24,143 nt of DNA from a virus (lineage: Duplodnaviria; Caudoviricetes), in IMG/VR virus record IMGVR_UViG_3300037479_000209, positions 1 to 24,143 of that record. The stretch is one strand, 5' to 3'. The notes below the pieces were generated by a model. That model saw only the letters and a program-made list of their open reading frames with translations, made no database searches and was not told the DNA's origin. This document shows positions 1 to 7,166 of the stretch, piece after piece. Positions within the stretch are counted from its first letter, which is position 1; each line of letters opens with the position of its first letter. The translations under genes were made by a program, and so were the position numbers.

Positions 1-10
1 TGAAAAAATC

Positions 11-39
11 TTGACAACCGCAACGAAAAGTGCTACAGT
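11..39 (+). promoter_or_regulatory. sigma70-type promoter of the tRNA gene
   Basis: TTGACA (11-16), 17-bp spacer, extended TGc-TACAGT (34-39) just upstream of the tRNA. Confidence 0.8.
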
Positions 40-52
40 ATGCCTACGAAAC

Positions 53-127
53 GCGGGAGTGGCGCAATGGTAGCGCACCTGCTTCCCAAGCAGGTGGTTG
101 CGAGTTCGAGTCTCGTCTCCCGCTCCA
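53..127 (+). tRNA. tRNA-Gly (anticodon CCC)
   Basis: Acceptor stem GCGGGAG/CTCCCGC, anticodon arm CCTGC-TT CCC AA-GCAGG, TTCGAGT T-loop, discriminator T and encoded CCA. Confidence 0.97.
108..127 (+). repeat. attL core GAGTCTCGTCTCCCGCTCCA
   Basis: Identical to 24075-24094; runs from the T-loop to the CCA of the tRNA. Confidence 0.95.
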
Positions 128-257
128 GAACCTCTACGCATTGTGACCCGTCTCTCATCATTCGCGTGATGAGCACAGGCATGCGTGTATGGTACACTTA
201 GGGCTGTATCAATCTTGTTAACGTACAGTCCGGCAATAGCCCACCTGGTTGAGTTTC

Positions 258-488
258 TCAGGCTGCCAGGTGGGCGACGTTATTTTTTCCCGCTTCGAAA
301 TTGCCTTCGCGCTTGACCCGCTCGACCTCGCCTGCGGGAATTAGATAGCGCTTCTTTTCGGTGATGCCTTGACGAATGACGCCCACGAAGACGCCGCGCT
401 CGCACCAGCGGCGGATTGTGTCTTGTGACACGCCGATAATCTCAGCGGCCTCGTGCGGCTTGTAATACTCTCCATCCTGATAGTGCAT
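258..488 (-). CDS. Excisionase-like HTH_17/MerR-type DNA-binding protein
   Basis: YKPHEAAEIIGVSQDTIRRWC...G...RYLIP pattern; AGGAG RBS; adjacent to att. Confidence 0.8.
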   Translation of the reverse strand: MHYQDGEYYKPHEAAEIIGVSQDTIRRWCERGVFVGVIRQGITEKKRYLIPAGEVERVKREGNFEAGKNNVAHLAA

Positions 489-523
489 CGTGATAGCTCC
501 TGCCGAATGTGCGGATTATTCAG

Positions 524-552
524 ATGATACAGGATGATCGAGTAGCCGTCAA
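524..552 (-). promoter_or_regulatory. sigma70-type promoter for the xis-like gene
   Basis: Minus strand TTGACG-N17-TATCAT. Confidence 0.65.
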
Positions 553-614
553 GGTCAGGTTAAGCGCGTGTTATTATCTCACAGATTGTGCGGGTTGCAG
601 TTGGGCGGCGTGTC

Positions 615-642
615 GCGTTACGCCTTGCACAAGGCGTAACGC
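615..642. repeat. 28-bp palindrome, copy 1 (GCGTTACGCCT-TGCACA-AGGCGTAACGC)
   Basis: Perfect inverted arms; identical copy at 1158-1185. Confidence 0.9.
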
Positions 643-679
643 TTAGCCTCTTTTCGGTGCTCGTGCGCTCCAGTAGAGC

Positions 680-1135
680 CTAATCTGACGGCTCCGGCAG
701 CGCCTTTGCCGGTTCCGGCAAGAGTGGCGTGTTCGGTACGACTTCGCCGTCGACGTAATCGCCCGCTCCAGCCTTGCGCTGTTTGCGGCGCTCGCGGTAG
801 AGCTTCTGTCTGGCGGCGCTGGAGCGGCGCTCACGCGGATCAATCCCCATGTCGATCAGGCAGGAGTCGCAGACTGATTGCGCATTGTTGCCGGGGTATT
901 TCTTGTAGGTCACAACGCGGTTGCATCGACCGCAAAGATAGCTGTAATCTTCGAGTTCGACCTGGCGGGAGTGGCCGCGCCGGAGCACGTTCGGCATCTC
1001 GACGATCATATACTCGTCGCCGATCATCTCGGCCACGTCGCGCCGGTGTTGCTCGTCGATCAGCTCGGCCTGTAGTCGGTCGAGGTCGTCAGGACTGAGG
1101 CGCTTCAGCGCCTTGATGATACGGTTGATGTCCAT
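680..1135 (-). CDS. Hypothetical protein with CxxC...CxxC zinc ribbon and basic helix
   Basis: GGGAGA RBS; CGRC and CDSC motifs; basic AARQKLYRERRKQRK segment. Confidence 0.75.
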   Translation of the reverse strand: MDINRIIKALKRLSPDDLDRLQAELIDEQHRRDVAEMIGDEYMIVEMPNVLRRGHSRQVELEDYSYLCGRCNRVVTYKKYPGNNAQSVCDSCLIDMGIDPRERRSSAARQKLYRERRKQRKAGAGDYVDGEVVPNTPLLPEPAKALPEPSD

Positions 1136-1151
1136 TGTGTCTCCCTAATGA

Positions 1152-1191
1152 CGCTGAGCGTTACGCCTTGCACAAGGCGTAACGCTCAGCG
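1152..1191. repeat. 28-bp palindrome, copy 2, extended to a 40-bp palindrome
   Basis: CGCTGAGCGTTACGCCTTG-CA-CAAGGCGTAACGCTCAGCG. Confidence 0.9.
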
Positions 1192-1197
1192 CGCGGG

Positions 1198-1506
1198 CTA
1201 CGGGCGGGTGCGATCCTCGTAGTCGGTCTGGCTGGGCCAATCCATCGGTCGTACGCTGTGAATGACAATCACGATGGTACGGCGGAACAGGCCGCGCCGG
1301 TAGAACTCGACAATCACGCGCAGGCCCGCATAGGTGTGAACGTACGCCTGGCTGCCGTCGCTAAGGTGTACCGTGTGGGTATACTCGCCGATGTACGGAT
1401 TGCTGAGGAGATTGCGCGCAAGGTCTCTGGCCTCCTGCTGCAATGCGGGCGGCAAATCACGCAACTCTTGACTCGCCCGCTTCGACCACTTCACATCAAC
1501 GCGCAT
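1198..1506 (-). CDS. RelE/ParE-like toxin-fold protein
   Basis: MRVDVKWSKRASQELRDLP...LLSNPYIG...GLRVIVE...IVIVIHSV matches the RelE/ParE pattern; start reassigned to ATG 1506, overlapping the upstream gene by 11 nt. Confidence 0.65.
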   Translation of the reverse strand: MRVDVKWSKRASQELRDLPPALQQEARDLARNLLSNPYIGEYTHTVHLSDGSQAYVHTYAGLRVIVEFYRRGLFRRTIVIVIHSVRPMDWPSQTDYEDRTRP

Positions 1507-1867
1507 GCGTTCGCTCCCATTCTGCACGCATGGCGGCGTCTTGTTCGCGGGTGAACGGCGCGCCGTCTTCCTCGGTGAACGTGAACGGCCCCTCGAACTC
1601 ACCGTTCTCGTTCATGACATAGTACTCGTTGTCGTCTTGGGTTCGCTCAGCGTCGCGCGCCATGCTTTCCCGTTGCACGCTTGGCGGCGCGACGGGTGGC
1701 ATATGGCTTTGCAGGAACTCGTAGATCGCGCGTACCTTGACGAGTCGCTCTTCGGCGGTGTACTCGCCGTGGTCGAGCGCCATGTCCAGTTCGGTGATCG
1801 TGCCCGCGAGCATATACCAGAAGCGATTCATCTGCGTGAGTTCTGGGGTGATCTCGGTCGCTTGCAT
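1496..1867 (-). CDS. Acidic protein, putative antitoxin
   Basis: AAGGA RBS; strongly acidic C-terminal half; overlaps the toxin-like start. Confidence 0.55.
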   Translation of the reverse strand: MQATEITPELTQMNRFWYMLAGTITELDMALDHGEYTAEERLVKVRAIYEFLQSHMPPVAPPSVQRESMARDAERTQDDNEYYVMNENGEFEGPFTFTEEDGAPFTREQDAAMRAEWERTHAR

Positions 1868-1897
1868 AGCAAAAATCCTTTCTTGTTCGGCGACGCC

Positions 1898-2143
1898 TCA
1901 GCGCGCCGCAACGTCGATTTCATCAAAGAGCAGCCCGAGGGCCGCGTCCTGCGAGATATTGGCGAGCTGGCCGAAGGCGCGGGCGACTCGGTTCGCGGTG
2001 GCCGGGCGCATTTTGCCGGTTTTGTTGAGTCGTTTGTTGAATTCGTGGCGATCATAGTCGGCGCGCTCGGCGATGTCGGCCTGGTTGACGCCGGCGCGCT
2101 CGATCTCGTGTTTGGCGCTTGGCTTGAATTGATACATTCTCAT
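1898..2143 (-). CDS. XRE/Cro-C1-type HTH regulator (possible repressor, probably leaderless)
   Basis: AGVNQADIAERADYDRHEFNKRLN HTH; extended -10 TGgTAGTAT (2150-2155) lies 6 nt before ATG 2143; the ORF track start is 2149. Confidence 0.75.
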   Translation of the reverse strand: MRMYQFKPSAKHEIERAGVNQADIAERADYDRHEFNKRLNKTGKMRPATANRVARAFGQLANISQDAALGLLFDEIDVAAR

Positions 2144-2217
2144 ATCCATATACTACCACAAAACACAATGAAACAACATAGTTATGGGGCGCGATCATCG
2201 CGCCCCGTGTGCTTCGT

Positions 2218-2532
2218 TTATAACGCCATCCGTAGCTGGCGTGGCCGCTCCAGGCTGCGCAGTTGCTCAGCCCACATAATCACTTCGTCGCGGGCAATCT
2301 CGATGGTGCAAGGCGCATCCGATCCGAAGTCGTGAAATTCCCAATATTCCCATTGACCTTTCCCTTTGAACTGCGGAGCGCCAACGCGATTCCACCCGCG
2401 CAGCGAGAGGTACTGTAAGGCTTCCGCTTCCGTCATGTGCTCCCGTTGCCTTTCTTCGCCGGCGCGAACCTCTACCTGGTGGAGGGCGAACGGCTGCGCG
2501 ATCTGGGCGGCGATGTCGGCGAGTGTGTTCAT
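2218..2532 (-). CDS. Hypothetical protein
   Basis: AAGGAG RBS before ATG 2532; part of the leftward gene run. Confidence 0.65.
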   Translation of the reverse strand: MNTLADIAAQIAQPFALHQVEVRAGEERQREHMTEAEALQYLSLRGWNRVGAPQFKGKGQWEYWEFHDFGSDAPCTIEIARDEVIMWAEQLRSLERPRQLRMAL

Positions 2533-2586
2533 AGCTGTGCTCCTTGGGGTTAGGCGGCGCTGCACCGTGCAGCGCCGCCGGTTGTA

Positions 2587-3090
2587 TCAGTGTACGATGT
2601 CGATGCTCTCCATCAGATCAGCGGCGATCTGGAAGTTGCAGCGCGGATTGCAGCACATATACACTTCGGCGCCATCCGTACGATGGTGGAGCGGCGCCGC
2701 GCAGCGCGGGCAGTGATAGGGCTGCGGATCGGGCTCCGGCTCAGGATCGAGCGCGGCGTGTTCGGACGCCTCGATAACGAGGACAAGTTTCTTTGCAGCC
2801 CTATGCCAGCATGGTTTACGTTGCTCGACGGCGGCTTCGCAGTCACATGTTCCGTTCACACGATGGGCAAGCCCGCCACGGCTGCGGGACGGAAAGATAA
2901 AGTCATCGCCCTGGCGCTCGATCCGTACGCCGTCCATCAGTTGCGTAACGGCTTTGGTTGTCGCGTTGTACCAACGGTCACGCTCGGCATCGTCGGTGAT
3001 GCGAGCGCTGGCGCTGATTGCGCGGCAAAGATCGGCGGCGGCGGCGAAAACGGCGTCTGGGCTGGCGATGCGATGCGGACGGTAGGCCAT
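2587..3090 (-). CDS. SWIM zinc-finger protein with C-terminal zinc ribbon
   Basis: TCDC-x9-CWH SWIM signature; CPRC...CCNPRC; AAGGA RBS. Confidence 0.8.
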   Translation of the reverse strand: MAYRPHRIASPDAVFAAAADLCRAISASARITDDAERDRWYNATTKAVTQLMDGVRIERQGDDFIFPSRSRGGLAHRVNGTCDCEAAVEQRKPCWHRAAKKLVLVIEASEHAALDPEPEPDPQPYHCPRCAAPLHHRTDGAEVYMCCNPRCNFQIAADLMESIDIVH

Positions 3091-3146
3091 GTCGGGTTCC
3101 TTCTGGTAGGTAGGCCGCGCTCACGGACGCGAGCGCGGCGGGCTAG

Positions 3147-3545
3147 TTAAACAAGACGGTTGAGCAGTTTGGACAAAATGAAGCGCCGCATCGACGCCTC
3201 ACGGTTGCATGTGCGATGCACGAGCCTGATGTTGTCGGCTGCGTGCGCGCCGCCCTCGGCCAGCGGCTGGGCGTGATCAAACTCGACGCTATCGATTGCG
3301 AGCGGATAGCCACAGCACGGGCAATCCATCCCGATCTGCGTCGTGTAGATTGCCTCGTAGTCGACCGGCTCGACCGTGCAACCATAGGCGGCTGCACGGC
3401 GACGGCTGACCTTCTCCAGCTTGGCGAAGCGCCGGCGGTAGTAACTCATCCGATCCGCCATCCGCTGACAGGAGCGGCAGTGACGGCGACGAGGCTGCAT
3501 ATCGTCTTGATGTGTTGCTCGGTTGCAGCGGATACAGATCGGCAT
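3147..3545 (-). CDS. HNH endonuclease with N-terminal Zn finger
   Basis: CPCCG...EFDHAQPLAEGGAHAADNIRLVHRTCNRE motif; CIRC...CRSC. Confidence 0.9.
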   Translation of the reverse strand: MPICIRCNRATHQDDMQPRRRHCRSCQRMADRMSYYRRRFAKLEKVSRRRAAAYGCTVEPVDYEAIYTTQIGMDCPCCGYPLAIDSVEFDHAQPLAEGGAHAADNIRLVHRTCNREASMRRFILSKLLNRLV

Positions 3546-3554
3546 TGCATCCCC

Positions 3555-3746
3555 CTATGCGCTGTAGCGCGATTGCTCGACGATGTGACCGACTCGGTTG
3601 ACGTGGTAGCGGATGACGACGCCGCGACTGCTGACCATCACGCGCATACCCGGCTGCGCGATTTGGCTTACAGCTGATCGCGCAGTACGCGCAAGCAAAT
3701 TCCAAGACTGATCTGTGCCGATGCCCCTGACTTCGTATGCGTGCAT
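3555..3746 (-). CDS. Small hypothetical protein (63 aa)
   Basis: GGAGG RBS before ATG 3746; first gene after the leftward promoter. Confidence 0.6.
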   Translation of the reverse strand: MHAYEVRGIGTDQSWNLLARTARSAVSQIAQPGMRVMVSSRGVVIRYHVNRVGHIVEQSRYSA

Positions 3747-3760
3747 GACAAACCTCCAGT

Positions 3761-3869
3761 AACACAACAAAACACAACACAAGGATAAAAAAAAGGACGG
3801 ACGCGCGCGCGAGTGCAAAAACACAACTAAACACAACTATAGTATAGCACGAATGAGCGCATACCACAA
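3761..3869 (-). promoter_or_regulatory. Leftward promoter with AACACAAC direct-repeat operator-like sites
   Basis: Minus strand TTGTGG-N17-TATACT with extended TG (3841-3869); AACACAAC at 3761, 3771, 3820 and 3830 (two pairs with a 10-bp period). Confidence 0.65.
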
Positions 3870-4077
3870 GCGCTATGAACAAACTGTCATGGCGTCCGAA
3901 TGCGGCAAAGCACGGCGTTAGGCAGATGGTACGGCGCGCCATCCAGGTTGAGCGCGGTACGGCGCTGGGGAGTGGTAGGGCATTGCCGTCAGCGTCGTCA
4001 TCCAGCGCGCCGCCGCGCCTAGCCGCGCCAATGCGCGCCCACTCGCAGACGCTGCAGATCGCCCCCCTTGAATCGGA

Positions 4078-4350
4078 GCGGCGGCAGGGCAGAAAAACCC
4101 CAAACCCCACCGCAGCCCGCCGGCCCGACGCGCAAGCCCCCGACCGCGCCGAACAGTGCCAGGATAGCTGGGGTGGCCGAAGCGTCAAGGGGGGGACCCA
4201 CCACAGCTTGTAAAGCTGAGGTGGGGCGGAGACCTTGCGCGAAGGCCGGGGTCCCCATGCTAGACTGAGTCACTGTGGCGCGAGTCGGGAGGCGCAGCGC
4301 AGTCGAGGGCAAGGGCGTTGCGGTTGGGGTAATGATGGCCCTGCCGCCGC
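4078..4350. other. 273-nt rod-like imperfect fold-back (Frpo/sso-like element or structured RNA)
   Basis: Nested complementary blocks from GCGGCGGCAGGGC/GCCCTGCCGCCGC inward; promoter hexamers in both arms. Confidence 0.6.
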
Positions 4351-4894
4351 CACCTTAACGTATCCCCATCGCGGAACACGGCAGCGGCCACCCGTCCATG
4401 TCGAGTTAGGGGTATACCTTCCGCTGCCGTGTGGAGCGGGGGAAGTGATCGTCATTCCGCTGAGCCCGCCACGGGGGTGTCTGCGGGGGGCTGGCGGCAG
4501 AAGCCCCCGCAGGACATCCGCCGAAGGCGCTCCGCTTAGCAATGCGCTTTATCGCTCGCGTTTTCATGTCGAGAACTACCGTATCGCGATTGCTCGAAGC
4601 ACCTTCCTGCCGGAGGCGTTCGCCCATCGCTCGCGTCGTCCGGCTGTGCGGCTTCCGCTGTGACATATGATCGTCAGCCGCTCTGCCGGCGCGCGAAAGC
4701 GGGGGCGCATTGGTCGAGCCCTCTTTGCCCTGCAGTTCCTCTTTGTGGGAGTGCATTATGCCTACGGATATTCGTAAAGCTTTCGCTTTTCACCTGCCTA
4801 ACGCTAAACATGGGTTGGTTGAGCCGCAACGGGCGTTATTGTTAGGTCTTTTCTTATGGTCTTTTTCTGCGGTAATAATCTGGTAATGGCTCGT

Positions 4895-4903
4895 TGCTAT
4901 AGT
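4895..4903 (+). promoter_or_regulatory. Candidate rightward (late) promoter, extended -10
   Basis: TGcTATAGT, preceded by tandem GGTCTTTT(T)CT repeats in an AT-rich patch. Confidence 0.35.
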
Positions 4904-4984
4904 GCGCACATTGTCACAGCAGCGATTCGCGCGTGGTCTCCCCGTTGAGGCTGCGCGCTTTCCTTTTCTAGGATTGAGTTTCGG

Positions 4985-5320
4985 ATGGAAGGTAATGGTT
5001 TTGGGTATGAGCACTATGTGTATACACCTGATGCGCCGCTGCGACAGCGTACGGTGTTTGCTCGTACCATCCGGCCTTCTGACCGTGAACGCAACTGTGA
5101 CTTTGAGCGCCGAATGGATGAGCTTGCGATGATGCTGGTTCGTCAGCATGGCGCGGTTCGTGTCGACCTGGATATGCGCCGTCAGGACGGCGCGATTGTT
5201 GAGTGTCTGGTTGCCGTTTCATATGAGCCTCGGGTTGAGCCGATTGCTGAGGACATGCGGCCGGCTGGTGGTCGGATTGCTGGGCGGGGTGGTCGCGGCT
5301 GTGACAAGATGACAAAATGA
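4985..5320 (+). CDS. Small protein, possibly DUF2292/YezD-like (start uncertain)
   Basis: First ORF of the rightward run; HGAVRVDL...QDGAIVE resembles the GxVxI-xx-DGxxV pattern of DUF2292. Confidence 0.45.
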   Translation: MEGNGFGYEHYVYTPDAPLRQRTVFARTIRPSDRERNCDFERRMDELAMMLVRQHGAVRVDLDMRRQDGAIVECLVAVSYEPRVEPIAEDMRPAGGRIAGRGGRGCDKMTK

Positions 5321-5329
5321 TGGGGTGAT

Positions 5330-5420
5330 AGGGAAGAGGGACGAGGGAAGAGGGAACAGATACCGTTGCGTGCAATGTTGTTATTGTGTTCTTTTCCCTG
5401 TTCCCTACTCCCTGTTCCCT
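5330..5420. repeat. Heptamer-repeat hairpin (AGGGAAS-like / TTCCCTG-like)
   Basis: Four imperfect heptamers in each arm, in inverted orientation. Confidence 0.7.
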
Positions 5421-5441
5421 CATAGACCAGCAGCGGAGTAC

Positions 5442-5484
5442 GCGCGGTCAGTTCCGAATTCATCGGAATTGGCCGCGCTTTTTT
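5442..5484 (+). terminator. Intrinsic terminator/attenuator upstream of the lysis genes
   Basis: 16-bp stem with two G-U pairs followed by T6. Confidence 0.75.
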
Positions 5485-5517
5485 ATTCACGTGTATTGAT
5501 TTGGAAAGGGAACCACA

Positions 5518-5754
5518 GTGACCGAAGCGGAGATCGTCAATCTGGTAGTTGAGAACCTGGGCAAGTATGGCGCGTTGATTGTGTTGCTCCTGCGTTACGT
5601 CGGGCCGGCTATTCAGGAGCTTACGCCGTTGTTTCGTGATTATCTGGATGTCCAAAAGCAGAACTTGAGCAAGATCGCGGTGTTGTGTGAGGCGATGGAT
5701 CGGCGTCTGGCGTTGCTTGAGACTCGCGTTGCAGCCTTGGAGAGTCGCCAGTGA
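5518..5754 (+). CDS. Putative holin (1 TM plus coiled coil)
   Basis: Hydrophobic YGALIVLLLRYVG segment; GTGA overlap with the endolysin. Confidence 0.65.
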   Translation: MTEAEIVNLVVENLGKYGALIVLLLRYVGPAIQELTPLFRDYLDVQKQNLSKIAVLCEAMDRRLALLETRVAALESRQ

Positions 5755-6794
5755 ATCGTTACAACGTTGCACAAGAGTTTCAGGGCTTGTTTACCGAGCG
5801 GCGCTCCAGGACGCGCTATATCGTTGTTCATCATGCCGCTGCGCTCTACCCGACCGGTACAGGTATTGAGGATGTGCGCGCAGTGGCCCGGTATCATCTG
5901 GGCAAAGGTTGGAGCGGTATAGGGTATCATATCGCGCTTGCCGAAGAGACGAACGGCGGCGCGATTGCGCGCTATGACCTCTCGGATCTCGATCTGCAGC
6001 GGGCGCACATTTGGGGGCGTAATCACGAGTGTGTGGGCGTAAGCTGCCTGACGAATTTTACCGGCATGCCGGCGCAGAAGTGGATCGATGCTCTGGCTGA
6101 GGTGTTACGCGAATTGGTCGAGCGTTACCCGCAGGCTGAGATCGTCGGTCATCGGGAGATTACCCTACCTGGACGCGGTACGGTGTGCCCCGGCCCGGCC
6201 TGGTTGCGCTGGAAGCCGCAACTGCTGGAGTCGGTCGCAAGCCGGCTGATTATGCCGGATGCGCTGACGGCTGACTCGCCGATCCTGGCTGCGCCGCGAT
6301 CGACGGTCGAGCAGTGCGTACGCTATATTCTGCGTCAGCCAACTGGTGGGTATACCGCGACGGATGTGTCGAAGGTGATTGTTCCGGTCTATTTTCGGGT
6401 TGCTTCTGCCGTTGGCCTCGACCCGCTCATCGCGATTGCGCAGATGATTCATGAGACGGGTTACTTGCAGAGTTATTGGTCTCAGCGGCCTCGCCGGAAC
6501 CCTGCGGGTATTGGGGTTACCGGTGAGCCGGGTAAAGGTAACAGCTTCTCAACGTGGGAGCATGATGCAATTCCGGCGCACGTTGGGCGGCTGCTGGCGT
6601 ATGCGTTGCCGGTAGGTACGGGGACGGCGGCGCAGCGGGCGTTGATTGATCAGGCGCTTCACTATCGCGGGCTGCCGGGTTCGTATCGAGGCATCGCGCC
6701 GACGCTGCGCGGGCTGAACGGTACGTGGGCCGTGCCTGGCCGGACGTATGGTCAGCGTCTGGCTGAGATTGCGAATGCTATTCGGGCCGCCTGA
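5751..6794 (+). CDS. Endolysin: Amidase_2 (PGRP-like) plus glucosaminidase (GH73-like)
   Basis: YIVVHH, GWSGIGYH, IVGHRE...CPG amidase motifs; AQMIHETG...NPAGI...L.GTWA..YG second domain. Confidence 0.88.
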   Translation: MNRYNVAQEFQGLFTERRSRTRYIVVHHAAALYPTGTGIEDVRAVARYHLGKGWSGIGYHIALAEETNGGAIARYDLSDLDLQRAHIWGRNHECVGVSCLTNFTGMPAQKWIDALAEVLRELVERYPQAEIVGHREITLPGRGTVCPGPAWLRWKPQLLESVASRLIMPDALTADSPILAAPRSTVEQCVRYILRQPTGGYTATDVSKVIVPVYFRVASAVGLDPLIAIAQMIHETGYLQSYWSQRPRRNPAGIGVTGEPGKGNSFSTWEHDAIPAHVGRLLAYALPVGTGTAAQRALIDQALHYRGLPGSYRGIAPTLRGLNGTWAVPGRTYGQRLAEIANAIRAA

Positions 6795-6829
6795 CGGTTG
6801 CTGATCTGCCTGATAGCAGGGATGGTGTG

Positions 6830-7084
6830 ATGTCGAAATTCCAAAAAGGCCAATCTGGAAACCCTCGTGGGCGCCCGTCTCGATCTGTCGAGGACGCCAA
6901 AAAAAGCGTGCTCGACCGCCTCTTTGATGCGACTGCGGAAGAGGCGGTTATCAGGGCGATGATCAGCAAAGCGTCTGAGGGCGATGTTGGAGCGTTTCGA
7001 GCGCTTTATGAACGCAAATACGGCAAAGTGACGGCGCCACAGGAACAGGAAACCGTAACAGAGGTGGTTGTCACGTACGAGTAG
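6830..7084 (+). CDS. terS: Putative terminase small subunit (DUF5681-type N-terminus)
   Basis: KFQKGQSGNPRGRP motif; directly upstream of the large subunit. Confidence 0.75.
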   Translation: MSKFQKGQSGNPRGRPSRSVEDAKKSVLDRLFDATAEEAVIRAMISKASEGDVGAFRALYERKYGKVTAPQEQETVTEVVVTYE

Positions 7085-7129
7085 GGCTTCGGGGTTCGGG
7101 GTTATTCTTCGGAACAGTCAGCAGCGAGC

Positions 7130-7164
7130 AAGCGCGGCTTTCCTTGTTGGAAAGGCGCGCTTTT
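7130..7164 (+). promoter_or_regulatory. Hairpin sequestering the terL RBS; weak terminator
   Basis: AAGCGCGGCTTTCC-ttgtt-GGAAAGGCGCGCTT then TT; terL ATG at 7167. Confidence 0.6.
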
Positions 7165-7166
7165 GT

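Noticed and set aside
3147-4530. HNH gene plus structured region as an IscB/HEARO RNA-guided system
   Set aside because: The HNH protein is only 132 aa, has no PLMP or RuvC motifs, and is separated from the structure by another gene and a promoter.
3875-4845. Overlapping ORFs on both strands in the central non-coding region
   Set aside because: Arg/Ala/Pro-rich translations, no convincing RBS or motifs; better explained by GC-rich secondary structure.
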